The notes under the pieces are model-generated. The model searched no databases. It had not been told where the DNA came from and was given only the letters and a program-made list of their open reading frames with translations. From an uncultured Methanomicrobiaceae archaeon (GTDB taxonomy: Archaea; Halobacteriota; Methanomicrobia; Methanomicrobiales; Methanoculleaceae), in assembly GCA_963826525.1 (NCBI GenBank), contig CAWGXH010000005.1, positions 1 to 64,000 of the forward strand: DNA of 64,000 nt, written 5' to 3'. Shown piece after piece: positions 23,299 to 33,799 of the stretch. Both the position numbers and the translations under genes were made by a program. Position 1 is the first letter of the stretch; every line of letters starts with the position of its first letter.

Positions 23299-23853
23299 TT
23301 AGAGGATACTCTCGAGGCGCTGCTCGAGGAAGTCGAGTCCCTGCTTGATATCTTCCATATTCTTTCCGCCGGTCAGGATGATCTTGCCGGAGCTGAAGAG
23401 GAGAGCCACGATCTTCGGGTTTTCGATGCGGTATACGAGTCCCGGGAACTGTTCGGGTTCATACTCGATATTCTCGAGGTTCAGGGTGATGACGACTTTA
23501 TTCAGGTTGATGTACTTCCCCATATCGTACGAGCAGACGATATTCGTGATCGCGACCTGCGGCTCGTCGAAGGCGTCGACGCCGGCCTCTTTCAGAGACT
23601 CGATGATGATACCGAGGCCCGTGTGCAGGTCTTCCTTGTTCCGAATACCGGTGAGCACGACTTTGCCGGATGAGAAGATCAGGGATGCGATCTTGGGATT
23701 CTCGATCCGGTAGACGGCGCCCGGGAACCTTTTCGTGTTCAGTTCACAGTTTTTTATTTTTTCGGAAACGGTTGCGAGGTCTATTGAGTGAGCAATGACA
23801 CCGGAGGCTACGATGTTCTCGATTTTTAATGACTCGTATCCCTTTTCATCCAT
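23299..23853 (-). CDS. tbp: TATA-box binding protein
   Basis: IENIVAS, FPGAVYR, LIFSSGKVVLTG and second repeat YEPEQFPGLVYR. Confidence 0.97.
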   Translation of the reverse strand: MDEKGYESLKIENIVASGVIAHSIDLATVSEKIKNCELNTKRFPGAVYRIENPKIASLIFSSGKVVLTGIRNKEDLHTGLGIIIESLKEAGVDAFDEPQVAITNIVCSYDMGKYINLNKVVITLNLENIEYEPEQFPGLVYRIENPKIVALLFSSGKIILTGGKNMEDIKQGLDFLEQRLESIL

Positions 23854-23969
23854 CGATATGAGTATCGTTTTTCGAACCATAATACTAATGGAATATCTTT
23901 ATGGGTACCTGATGCCACCTGCCGGCTATACGCTTAAAAGCCTGCAGACCAAACGCTAGTGATCGTTTT

Positions 23970-25655
23970 ATGGGCGAGAATGAGCAGGGTGCCGCGAGTT
24001 ACGACGAGTGGTACGCGAATTTTTCGATCGACGTCCCGGAGTACTACAACTTCGGGTTCGACGTGGTCGATGCGTGGGCGAAGAAAGACCGTAACAAGCT
24101 CGCGATGATCTGGACGGATCAGGACGGCAACGAGGAGAAGTTCACCTTCTACGACCTGATGCGCCGGTCGAACCAGGCCGTCAATATCTGCATCAAGCAG
24201 GGGATCAAGAAGGGCGACCGCGTCATGATCATGCTCCCCCGCGTCCCCGAGTGGTGGATCTTTACGATCGCGCTGATCAAGATCGGGGCGGTGTACTGTC
24301 CCGCCCCGACGATGCTGACGCCGAAAGACCTGAAGTACCGGATTCAGGCCGCCGATATCAAGATGATCATCACCTCCGAGGAGCACGCCGATAAGATCGA
24401 GGCAATCCGGGAGGAGTGCCCCTCGCTCGCGGTGCGCCTCGTGACCGACAGCGAGCGCGAGGGCTGGGTCAGCTACCCCGTCGAGCTCGACTACCCCGCT
24501 CCGGTCTCCCACCGGCTCGTCAACCTCCCCGGTATGCACCGGACGAAGGCGACCGACCCGCTCGTCATCTTCTTCACCTCCGGGACGACCGGCGAGGCGA
24601 AGATGGTCGTTCACACCCACAGCTACCCGCTCGGCCATATCGTCACCGCCGGGATCTGGCACGACCTGAAAGCGAACGATCTGCACTTCACCCTCTCGGA
24701 TACGGGCTGGGCGAAGAGCGCGTGGGGCAAGTTCTACGGCCAGTGGATCCAGGGCGCCTGCGTCTTCGTCTACGATATCCGGGGGCGGTTCAACGCCACC
24801 GAGATCCTCCCGCTCCTCGAGAACTACGGGATCACCACCTTCTGCTGCCCGCCGACGATCTACCGGATGCTGATCCTCGCCGACCTCGACAAGTTCGATC
24901 TCTCGGAGCTGCGCCACAGCGTGAGCGCCGGCGAGCCGCTCAACCCCGAGATCATCCGGGCGTGGAAGGAGGGCACCGGGAATACCATCTACGAGGGCTA
25001 CGGCCAGACCGAGACGGTGCTCTGCATCGGGACGTTCCCCGGGATGGAGCCGAAGTTCGGGTCGATGGGCCGCCCCTCGCCCGGGTGGCAGATCGAGCTC
25101 CACGACGAGGACGGCAACGATGTCGGGAAGCATAAGGAGGGCAGGATCGCGGTCAAGCTCGACCCGCGCCCCGTCGGGCTCTTCCGCGAGTACCTGCACA
25201 ACGACGAGGAGAACCGGAAGGTCTTCCAGAACGGCTACTACTATACGGGCGATAAGGCCTATATGGACGACGACGGCTACTTCTGGTTCATCGGCCGCGA
25301 CGACGACGTCATCAAGTCGTCGGGCTACCGGATAGGGCCCTTCGAGGTCGAGAGCGCGCTCATGGAGCACCCCGCCGTGCAGGAGACGGCGGTCGTCGGG
25401 TCGCCCGACGTCATCCGCGGGCTGATCGTCAAGGCGTTCGTCGTCTTAAAGCCGGGCTATAAGCCGTCCGAGTCGCTGATCAAGGAGATCCAGAACCACG
25501 TGAAGAAGACGACGGCGCCCTACAAGTATCCGCGGACGATCGAGTTCGTGGAATCGCTCCCGAAGACCATCTCCGGCAAGATCCGGCGGAACGAACTCCG
25601 CGAGATGGAGATGAAGCGGTTCTTGAACAGCAACAGCACCGGCGAGTCATCCTGA
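23970..25655 (+). CDS. AMP-forming acyl-CoA synthetase
   Basis: FTSGTTG, YGQTET, YYTGD, GRDDDVIKSSGYRIGPFEVE, PKTISGK. Confidence 0.94.
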   Translation: MGENEQGAASYDEWYANFSIDVPEYYNFGFDVVDAWAKKDRNKLAMIWTDQDGNEEKFTFYDLMRRSNQAVNICIKQGIKKGDRVMIMLPRVPEWWIFTIALIKIGAVYCPAPTMLTPKDLKYRIQAADIKMIITSEEHADKIEAIREECPSLAVRLVTDSEREGWVSYPVELDYPAPVSHRLVNLPGMHRTKATDPLVIFFTSGTTGEAKMVVHTHSYPLGHIVTAGIWHDLKANDLHFTLSDTGWAKSAWGKFYGQWIQGACVFVYDIRGRFNATEILPLLENYGITTFCCPPTIYRMLILADLDKFDLSELRHSVSAGEPLNPEIIRAWKEGTGNTIYEGYGQTETVLCIGTFPGMEPKFGSMGRPSPGWQIELHDEDGNDVGKHKEGRIAVKLDPRPVGLFREYLHNDEENRKVFQNGYYYTGDKAYMDDDGYFWFIGRDDDVIKSSGYRIGPFEVESALMEHPAVQETAVVGSPDVIRGLIVKAFVVLKPGYKPSESLIKEIQNHVKKTTAPYKYPRTIEFVESLPKTISGKIRRNELREMEMKRFLNSNSTGESS

Positions 25656-25701
25656 ATCAAATAACTACCTTTATTTTGTTGGAGATACAACACTCTTGAG
25701 C

Positions 25702-25786
25702 GCGAGGGTTGCCGAGCCAGGTCAAAGGCGATAGGTTCAGGGCCTATTCTCGTAGGGGTTCGCCGGTTCGAATCCGGCCTCTCGCA
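25702..25786 (+). tRNA. tRNA-Leu(CAG)
   Basis: Acceptor GCGAGGG/CTCTCGC+A, anticodon arm ATAGG-TTCAGGG-CCTAT, long variable arm, T arm GCCGG-TTCGAAT-CCGGC; CCA not encoded. Confidence 0.95.
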
Positions 25787-25893
25787 TTTTCGGTTTTTGT
25801 GGTTGGTTACAAAAGTGCTCCCCTCATTGATTTGAGATCCTGTTTGTTCTAACCTAAGTTTGCCACTCCACTCAAATCTCTCAGATTGTGGCG

Positions 25894-26038
25894 GAATACA
25901 ATTTGACAGTTCCAAGTATTTGGGAAAATATCTCCCGAAATCTCCTCATTTTGACCTTAAATTTCAGACAGACCTGGCATTCTGATAATAAAACGTGCAT
26001 TTCACTCAAAAATCTAACCCAACTGTCAAATTCTATTC
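25894..26038. repeat. 18-bp inverted repeat pair bounding 145 bp (MITE-like)
   Basis: GAATACAATTTGACAGTT (25894-25911) vs AACTGTCAAATTCTATTC (26021-26038), 17/18 match. Confidence 0.55.
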
Positions 26039-26202
26039 TGACTATCTTGGACACTTTTTGGGGCATGAAGCACCTCCAGAAGCCAAATGGCAAACTTGGG
26101 TTCTAACTATTCTACTGTTTCCATGAATTCTGTATTTGTGATTCACGATTCTAAATTAGAAAACTGTATCTGCATAAAAATGAGATCAGATTACAGAGAG
26201 TT

Positions 26203-27165
26203 ATGTTCATCCAATCCCAAGGTTTTCATTAGCCATGCAAGTGAGGACAAAGAGAGATTTGTCGAAAAGGCTTGCTCAAAGATTACGCGAAGATGGGGTT
26301 GATGCATGGTACGATAAATGGGAAATACTGCCTGGTGACAGCCTTGTTGAAAAGATATTCGATGAAGGTCTAAAACAATCGGATGTTGTTGTCATAGTCG
26401 TTTCTCAAAATAGTGTAAGGAAAAACTGGGTGAAAGAGGAACTAAATTCGGCTGTATATAAAAAGATTGAGGGGCAATGCAAAATCATCCCCATAATTAT
26501 TGACGATTGCGAAGTCCCTGATGCGATTAACACACCGTGCATGAGAGAATAACGAAATCTCGATGATTGTAATAAAAGTTATGAAAGAATTCGGGCCTCC
26601 ATATTTGGTGAGATATCTTGAACCTCCAATTGGTAGACCTCCTAAATACACATCCTCTTGCCAACTACATCTCACTGGTTTAACTAAAGCTGACGCTTAT
26701 ATTTTGGAAATCATTTGCAAAAACGACATATAGAAGATCACTATCCCTCGTTGTAAGTACCCGGCAAGTTTTGCCGCAAGTGGTTGAATATGGAATAACC
26801 GAAGAAGAATTCTATGATTCGCTTGAAATATTGGATAATCGTAGATACATTGATGTTGAAAGAGTTATAGACGGCGAAATTTCTATGATTAAAGTACCTA
26901 CGCGTACCTGGAAAAATATTGCAGGCACTGCGTAGGAAATTATGAAACACTTGTGTTATCTGTAATTTCCACAATAATCAATAAAAATAAATTAACAAAC
27001 GGAGAGATCTCTGCTGAAACGGGAATCCAGATATCTATCGTCACACACATCCTAATATTTCTGGCAGAGGTTGGGAAAATTCGTGTTACAACAGCAATGG
27101 GAGGAATGGTTCTCATTCACCCGAATAATTTTGCAGAATTGAAAAGATTATTGAAGAATAATTAA
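26203..27165 (+). CDS. TIR-domain protein with probable C-terminal winged helices, multiply frameshifted
   Basis: KVFISHASEDK, AWYDKWEILPGDSLVEKI, WVKEEL, KIIPI; tail EISAETGIQISIVTHILIFLAEVGKI. Confidence 0.82.
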
Positions 27166-28148
27166 TTTTTAGTTGGTGCAAAAATATATAGCAACCACTT
27201 AACTATCGAGAGGATAATTTTGGCAGTTCCTTTCATAAGTATGAACATTAATCCCCAGATGATAAATCCCGCCATGAGGAAATTTATTCCCAATAAAACA
27301 GTCCCTATTGTATCACCGCTAGGAATTCGCCACGATAGGTCAGTTAAACATAACTGAATGCTCGCAATGACCGTCGGTATCAGTGCAATAAATCCGAAGA
27401 CTCCATCTCCACTCCCATAATTAAACCAATCGCGGATTATTATTCTCCAATTTGCAAATCGGAAAAATAGAGTTCTCCCTGATGAGTGTAGGGGATAAGA
27501 AACGTGCAGCGATTTGAGAATTTCCTTGCTACCAGAATATTTTCTTTTTATAATCTTGTAGTACTTCGACGAAATGTCATCCTTTGTACCATAAATATAA
27601 TCGCTCAATAAACTTTCACTTATTTTTTCGTCGATTTTGCGATCAATAATATATTCGATTAGCTCACTTGAGATATTTTGATATTTTATTATGCTTTGAT
27701 GAATTGAAGGATGTTCACTGAATTTACTTTGCAAAATTGTTGTTATTTCGCTGTAACTCAATTTTCTGTAATTACGTAAAAATTTTTGGACTTCTGTTAA
27801 ATTTCTTGTATCCAATCCATTTAAAAACCTCGTCGTTTCTGGAATTTTCGCTGAGTTTCTTTTTATCCTTGTGCTGACTGTCTTAGTTATTAGTTCAATA
27901 TTTGATGCCATCAGTAAAAGGATTGCAAGGAAAATGAAAGATATTGATAGTTCGAACGAAATTTTTTCGTAATAAATGATTATGCTATTAATCGCTAATA
28001 TTGTGACAAACCAGAATTCTATTGGAATCTCAATACCATAACGCGTAAAAAGCCGATCTACTATGTTAAACAATGGTTCTAGATGGGGGGCAATCAAAGA
28101 GGAGAATTTCATCCTCATCTCTTGGTAATCATCCCCATCACTTGTCAT
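27162..28148 (-). CDS. AT-rich hypothetical membrane protein (TM pairs at both ends), 328 aa
   Basis: Intact long ORF in AT-rich DNA; hydrophobic helices near both termini flank a soluble middle. Confidence 0.75.
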   Translation of the reverse strand: MTSDGDDYQEMRMKFSSLIAPHLEPLFNIVDRLFTRYGIEIPIEFWFVTILAINSIIIYYEKISFELSISFIFLAILLLMASNIELITKTVSTRIKRNSAKIPETTRFLNGLDTRNLTEVQKFLRNYRKLSYSEITTILQSKFSEHPSIHQSIIKYQNISSELIEYIIDRKIDEKISESLLSDYIYGTKDDISSKYYKIIKRKYSGSKEILKSLHVSYPLHSSGRTLFFRFANWRIIIRDWFNYGSGDGVFGFIALIPTVIASIQLCLTDLSWRIPSGDTIGTVLLGINFLMAGFIIWGLMFILMKGTAKIILSIVKWLLYIFAPTKN

Positions 28149-28268
28149 AATGTTATAATCTAGACAATGAGAGAAAAAGATTCTTAAATATGTCTAGTGA
28201 GGATATTCTTAGGAGACCAGTGATAATCTCTGTCTCCCCCGCCACTTTTTCCGGCCTTATTTTCTCTG

Positions 28269-28666
28269 TTACGGCCGGTATTCGTCATCGAAGGGGTTTA
28301 CAATTTCAAGCGTGCATATGCCTGCAAAATCACTTTCATTCCGGGTAACCAGAGTACAGTCGTGAACCGCGGCGGTGGCTGCTATGACCGCATCAGGGAG
28401 CTTTACCCATGCGCTCGGCGCAGGTGAATGGCACTGTCTGCAATTGTATCGGTCAGGGAGTATACCTCTGCAGGGTGGATGAAATCTTCGGCCATTGCAT
28501 ACCCTTCCGGGGTGTGCTTCTTCCATCCGAGAAATTCGATCTTCGTAATGATCGAGATGCGAAACGAAGAGGTGAGCATGGCTTCTACATCACGCACCTT
28601 CTCCGGTGGTATGGCATCTGCAAGATAGTAGATGAGAATGTTTGTGTCGAGCAGGTACCGTTTCAT
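28269..28666 (-). CDS. vapC: PIN-domain VapC toxin, frameshifted
   Basis: YLLDTNILIY, ISIITKIEFLG, KLPDAVIAATA, LVTRNESDF. Confidence 0.9.
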
Positions 28667-28849
28667 ATTCTGTTCCATTCGTCCCGCATCTTCCGGATCT
28701 CATCCTTCAGATCGACTTTCAGGTCTCTGTATATTCCCCGGTATTTCCTGGGGTCGCTGACCCCGATCTGTTTCTCACCGGCCATCCTCGGGCTCAGAGA
28801 ATCCCACAGGTCAACAGGTACCATACACCGGTTTTTCTTCCATCTGCAT
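28663..28849 (-). CDS. Probable cognate antitoxin, frameshifted
   Basis: RKYRGIYRDLKVDLKDEIRKMRDEWNRI stop overlaps the vapC start (ATGA). Confidence 0.6.
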
Positions 28850-29423
28850 CGTAGATATATTGCACTCCCATGCTGCCCCTCCTGAATGTGCGTATGTTGG
28901 TTACTGCAACCAGATTATAATTATCCTGCCCGGATACTCCACTCGTTAATGCATTAATCTGGAGGACTACTCACCGATCTGCCATGCCGGGAGATGATCG
29001 CGTTGCCATATATCCATCTACGATAAGCAGGCTGAATTGCCGTTCTTTTCCGGTTTTAACCGGTGTTTCAGAGGGCGGATCCGGGCACTGGAAAGAACCC
29101 GGCCATTTCGCCCCGATTCCCGAAAATCGGCAGGATCGCGAGGCAATACTGGCCATATGAGTGGGGGTAATTTTCGGAGGATGGATACTATGCCTCGCCT
29201 TGAGATCGGCCGTCTGTGGGCTTCTGTGAGGGTCAAAATTCCGGCGGATTCGGCCTGGATTGCGGACATGTAAGCGTTGCTGAACCGGGTGCCCTGTGGG
29301 TATTGCTTTACCGCACATCCGTGAGACCGGATGCTCGACTTCCCGGATACACCGGAGCAAACGCTGGTCTCTCCGACCAAACCTCATCTCGCCCCCTGCC
29401 GGAGAGATGCACTCGCATCTTCC

Positions 29424-29651
29424 TTCAGAGATGCCGGGCAAAATCGTCGGGATCGATCCTCGCCAGTTTCAGGATACTGCGAAGCGTGCCGATCTTCAGT
29501 TCGTTGTGGAGCGGGACGACCGTGCCCACCTTCCCGTCGGGAGTTTCCAAAGGCGCACATGGCTCCCCGATTGTCCGCTTACGACGAATCCATACCGTTT
29601 CGAGAGTATCTTTATCACCGTCTCGCCCGAGACGGGTTTAAGCCCGGACAC
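29424..29651 (-). CDS. hicA: HicA family toxin, frameshifted
   Basis: LKPVSGETVIKIL...GF...QSGSHVRL, then TVVPLHNELKIGTLRSILK. Confidence 0.85.
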
Positions 29652-29850
29652 CCTCGGCCACCTCAAACGTCGTGATGATCGGCCTCCTGCCATCTTCCAG
29701 CGGGAATTCTTCCAGGTACAACTCCGTTGCTTCCTTGAGGCTCGCAACCGCCTCCTCCACCGTCCGGCCCTGGCTGACGGTGCCGACCTCCGGGCACTCC
29801 GCTACGTACATATCTTCTTCCCTGGAGAGCACGGCCGTGAACGTCCTCAT
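29638..29850 (-). CDS. hicB: Short HicB family antitoxin
   Basis: YVAECPEVGTVSQGRTVEEAVASLKEATELYLE. Confidence 0.9.
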   Translation of the reverse strand: MRTFTAVLSREEDMYVAECPEVGTVSQGRTVEEAVASLKEATELYLEEFPLEDGRRPIITTFEVAEGVRA

Positions 29851-29933
29851 GTTCTCACCAGGAGAAGAGCATCTCTCTTCATGGTGATACTACTGACCGA
29901 AGTACTCTCTGACAGGCACCGGTGAATAGGGAG

Positions 29934-29970
29934 GTCGCCGTCCGGACCGGGATACGGATTCTCTTTCAGG
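29934..29970 (+). repeat. 37-bp direct repeat, copy 1
   Basis: GTCGCCGTCCGGACCGGGATACGGATTCTCTTTCAGG; 36/37 identical to 36360-36396. Confidence 0.9.
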
Positions 29971-30065
29971 GTGTCCAGTTTGTCCCGAACAATGCGCTGG
30001 CTTTTGGCGTCGAGAGAGTTCAAAAAAGCATATGCGTCCTCGTCCACCAGGACCCGGAACGGCAC
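29934..30065 (-). pseudogene. relE: N-terminal 44 codons of a RelE/ParE-like toxin
   Basis: MPFRVLVDEDAYAFLNSLDAKSQRIVRDKLDTLKENPYPGPDGD, after which similarity stops. Confidence 0.78.
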
Positions 30066-30067
30066 GG

Positions 30068-30247
30068 CTATAACTTCATGAATCGGTTACGGGACAGGAT
30101 TGCTTCGGTATCGCATTCGAGCTGCTGTTTCTTTGCCCGTTCTACCAGGTCGGCAAGAATTTCATCGAACGTTCTGTCTGGACCTTTGAGATCTGCGATC
30201 TCTTTGTATGTTTCCTGCGATACGGGTATGAACTCCGTAACAGTCAT
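30068..30247 (-). CDS. Small antitoxin-like protein upstream of the relE fragment
   Basis: IPVSQETYKEIADLKGPDRTFDEILADLV, RHH-like archaeal antitoxin pattern; 2 bp from the toxin start. Confidence 0.75.
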   Translation of the reverse strand: MTVTEFIPVSQETYKEIADLKGPDRTFDEILADLVERAKKQQLECDTEAILSRNRFMKL

Positions 30248-30418
30248 TGAAATGTGATCGGTGCTGATCACAGATATACCTTCTTTCGGCACCCAGGAGA
30301 GCGGAGAGGATTACAAAAGTGGTCGAAGGCTTCATCCAGGAGTCAGGCGGCGAATCCCTCCCCTCCGGGTCCATTCACACAACCGTTTAATACACTGAAC
30401 GATCATTCAATATATTAT

Positions 30419-30964
30419 ATGATCGGGGAGTTCCAGAAGTTCGTCGGGTTCCGGATCCTCGCCTGGTTCCTCACTCACCCCACAGGCGAGATCCACGTCA
30501 ACCGGCTCGCCCGGGAGATAGGCGTCAGCCCGGGGAGCGTCACAGCGTATGCCGATACCTTCGAGCGGGACGGACTGCTCGCCGTCACCCGCCTCGGCAC
30601 GGCACGGCTCCTCTCCCTCGAGAACGACTCCTTCGTCGCCCGGGAACTGAAACGGGCCTGCATGGTTCTGCTCCTCGCAGAGGCCGGAATCGAAGAGATC
30701 GCGCCAGAAAGCATCGCGGTCGCGATCTACGGAAGCACCTCGGCGGGAACCTTCGATGAGCAAAGCGACATCGACATTCTGATCATCGGCGATCCGGGCC
30801 AGGTCGACCAGAGCCGGGTATCGGCACTGGAACAGGAGACCGGCCGCGAGGTGCAGGTGACGGCCGTCCCCTACTACCGGTGGGAGCAGATGAAAGAGAC
30901 GGGTGACCCGTTCGTCGCCAGTGTTCTGCAAAATCACGTACTCGTTCGGGGAGCTCTGTTATGA
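30419..30964 (+). CDS. wHTH-fused minimal nucleotidyltransferase (MNT)
   Basis: EIHVNRLAREIGVSPGSV HTH; IYGSTSAG...SDIDILII. Confidence 0.9.
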   Translation: MIGEFQKFVGFRILAWFLTHPTGEIHVNRLAREIGVSPGSVTAYADTFERDGLLAVTRLGTARLLSLENDSFVARELKRACMVLLLAEAGIEEIAPESIAVAIYGSTSAGTFDEQSDIDILIIGDPGQVDQSRVSALEQETGREVQVTAVPYYRWEQMKETGDPFVASVLQNHVLVRGALL

Positions 30965-31230
30965 GGTGGCGGGAGTGCGTCGACAGGGGGCTTGTCCGCT
31001 CCGCTCCTGAGGCAAAGGAGCGCGTTCCCGGCTCGCTCGAATCCGCGGCAAGGTTCCTGCGGGCAGCGGAGAAGAACGTGGTGATCGAAGAGTACGAGAT
31101 GGCTCACCTCGCTGCGTACAACAGTGCATTCCACAGTGTCCGGGCGTTCTCCTTCTGCTACCGCTTTTTACCGGGACAGTTCCTCATGCGCCCCTTCTAC
31201 CGTCGCTTTGAGCCATGGACCAGATCTTGA
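30961..31230 (+). pseudogene. HEPN-domain protein, 3'-truncated
   Basis: SLESAARFLRAAEKN...AHLAAYNSAFHSVRA; overlaps the MNT stop; C-terminal half not seen. Confidence 0.7.
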
Positions 31231-31297
31231 ACGGGCCGGTAACGAGGCGGCCGAGGCTGCCCGGCGGCGCTCTCCGGAGGAGAGAAGACAGGGCAGT

Positions 31298-31813
31298 TCA
31301 GGCCGCCCGTGCATCACCTGAAAAGAGGTTAATAGATGGGACGGGTGGGTGCCACGTACACGGGGCCGAATAGGTCGGGTCCGGCTCCCAGGTCCATGTC
31401 GGGGCAGGTGTCCATACCGGGTCGGACTCGGGATATGGGTTGTAATAGCTGTTCTCAAGGTAGACATCCCTGGCCACGGTCTCGCCGCGGCTGATATACA
31501 GGTATTCGAGGTATGGCTCGTATCCCTGTTTATATATCTCCAGTTTATGCGATCCGGGGCCAACCTGAACGAACAGGTCGTCCACTTCGTCTGTCTCCCC
31601 CAGGTACTCTCCGTTGACATAGACGGACGCCCCTGAAGGGTACGTCCAGATCTGGATGTATCCGTAGTCGGAATACGCTCCCGTCAGGGAACCGGTCTCG
31701 CTCTCTGAAGGCTCGGAAAGGATGTCAGTACAGCCTGATGTGAGAATAGCGGCGGTCAGGAGGATGAGCAAGGCGGAAAGGATCCTGCCAGCATTGTTTT
31801 GATTGAACTGCAT
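31298..31813 (-). CDS. PEGA-domain lipoprotein-like surface protein
   Basis: Lipobox-like AILTSGC; TYPSGASVYVNGEYLGET, GSHKLEIYKQGY; Pro/Thr-rich tail. Confidence 0.8.
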   Translation of the reverse strand: MQFNQNNAGRILSALLILLTAAILTSGCTDILSEPSESETGSLTGAYSDYGYIQIWTYPSGASVYVNGEYLGETDEVDDLFVQVGPGSHKLEIYKQGYEPYLEYLYISRGETVARDVYLENSYYNPYPESDPVWTPAPTWTWEPDPTYSAPCTWHPPVPSINLFSGDARAA

Positions 31814-32248
31814 GCACAGTACTCCATATGGTTGTGATACTCTGTTTGGATTCTGTATTCGGGGCGTATCTGCCGTTGCAACCGTCTGCAGCCCCTTCCC
31901 CTCCCGGGAGTGCGCACTCCGAAGAGTGGCGATCTGCGATAACGGTAAACTCCCCCGGACGTTTAACGGCAAATGAGCACTTCTAATAGAGCATTCTGTT
32001 TCCTTCAAAGGATTTAAATTGGGATGGAACGATTTCGCTCGGCGGCATTTGTCATACTCTTTGATGCAACATCTGCATTCAATGCTTCGAACACCCGGGT
32101 GGATCGCTCTGAGTCGGTGAGATTCTTGGAAAGCAAAACCCGCTGCATTATAATCCGGGGGTGAGTCCATTTGCCCTGTTATGGGTGGACGGGAACGAAG
32201 GATACACATTGCATCGGAGGTTTAAAATACAACTGCAATACTTAAAAA

Positions 32249-32974
32249 TTAAGATTTTTCTCTCTTTCTCTTCTGAGGCGATGCAGGCTTGGTCAAAAAG
32301 AATCCAAATGGTTCAAAATCCCTGGCATCCATGGTGTGAGATTTCTCACCGGAAGAAATTGCTGGAATAATGACCCGGAAGAATTCACTGGAGAACTGCT
32401 CGTTGCTGAATCCCTCCGCCTCAATCACCAGTTTCCATTTATCTTCCAGGGAGAGGATACCCATAAAGGATATCATAAGATACATCGAGGTCAGGAATGG
32501 ATCGAGATCGGCCCGGATTGTCCCGTCATCGATGCCCTCCCGGATCGCATCCTCGAGGATCATACGGCAGGTACCATACCCCTTTCCAATCTCTGCGGTA
32601 TACGGGTTTTCTTTGGAAAAACGTTCGGATCCGTAAAAGTGGATCAGTCGAAGATAATCCGGGTATTCCTGCGAAAACTGGTAATAGGCCTGGCCCATCA
32701 GGGCTACTTTGACAATTCCGGGAACCTGTTTTTCCATGCATTCCGTGTATTTTTCCTTCAGGATCCGGATACCACGGAGAACAATAGTAGCGTAAAGTGT
32801 CTCCTTATTTTTAAAATAGAGATAGATGGTAGCCTTATTCAGTTCGACCTCTCGGGCGATATCATCCATGGAAACATCTTCGTAACTCCGGGAAAAAAAG
32901 AGACGCTCGGCTGCATCGATGATCTCGGTCTTTCGCTGTTCCTTTTCTCGTTGTCTTCTATCGGAGATTCCCAT
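32249..32974 (-). CDS. TetR/AcrR family regulator
   Basis: IIDAAERLFFSRSYEDVSMDDIAREVELNKATIYLYFKNKE. Confidence 0.93.
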   Translation of the reverse strand: MGISDRRQREKEQRKTEIIDAAERLFFSRSYEDVSMDDIAREVELNKATIYLYFKNKETLYATIVLRGIRILKEKYTECMEKQVPGIVKVALMGQAYYQFSQEYPDYLRLIHFYGSERFSKENPYTAEIGKGYGTCRMILEDAIREGIDDGTIRADLDPFLTSMYLMISFMGILSLEDKWKLVIEAEGFSNEQFSSEFFRVIIPAISSGEKSHTMDARDFEPFGFFLTKPASPQKRKREKS

Positions 32975-32998
32975 TCTTCCGCACCCTGAATGTACTCA

Positions 32999-33799
32999 TT
33001 ATAAAAAGAATTCCGGCTCCTTTCGCTCTTTATACAGCGTACTTAAACGCAACGAAGCGTCCCTGACCAGGCCGGATTTCATCGTTCTCGCATGTTTGGG
33101 ACAGTGTTTGATACAGGCGCAACACGTGATGCATTTTTTCGTATCGATCACATTACTGTTTTCCGGATCGATGGCACCGACAGGGCATCCCTCTGCACAA
33201 ATCCCACACTGGATACACGCATCGCTGACCGCAATAAAATCAACAGTCCACAGTCTCGAATCCCCCCGGTAAGGATGGCAGCCGGGTATATCTACCTCAG
33301 AGATCTGGTCAACTGACGGAATGGTGTTGAGTTTTTCCTGTATTTTTCGTCCAAATGACTCTGCGTGGTGTACGTCGCGTGCATCCGGACGATCTTTGGC
33401 CGTTGGTGTTTCGTCGGTGGAGAATGAATGTTCCCCGATATAGGCCGCACCGGCGATCGGTTTACATCCACACCGAGTCAGAATATCTTTCAGCTCGATG
33501 AGTGCATCCTCATACACGCGATTGCCATAGACGACAACACATACCGCAGGCGTATTTTGGGCGGAAATAGCATGCAGCCAATCAGTTAAGAGTGCCGGCA
33601 CCCTCCCCATATACACCGGCACACCAATAATGAGTAATTCATTCTCCGATGTTCGTAGTGGTTGTATTCTCGCATCCGGTCGGGTAATATCCAGCAATTC
33701 CACGTTGCCGGGATTTATTCCGCGTGCGATTTCTTGAACCACCGCTTTCGTGGTTCCCGTAGGCGAAAAATATACCAGTTTCAGCGATTCTATTTTCAT
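32999..33799 (-). CDS. EFR1-type flavodoxin-ferredoxin fusion
   Basis: YFSPTGTT, VYGNR, CIQCGICAEGCP, CITCCACIKHCP. Confidence 0.9.
   Translation of the reverse strand: MKIESLKLVYFSPTGTTKAVVQEIARGINPGNVELLDITRPDARIQPLRTSENELLIIGVPVYMGRVPALLTDWLHAISAQNTPAVCVVVYGNRVYEDALIELKDILTRCGCKPIAGAAYIGEHSFSTDETPTAKDRPDARDVHHAESFGRKIQEKLNTIPSVDQISEVDIPGCHPYRGDSRLWTVDFIAVSDACIQCGICAEGCPVGAIDPENSNVIDTKKCITCCACIKHCPKHARTMKSGLVRDASLRLSTLYKERKEPEFFL

Noticed and set aside
28269-31230. Integron cassette array of TA genes
   Set aside because: No repeated attC-like sites between modules, mixed orientation and no integron integrase
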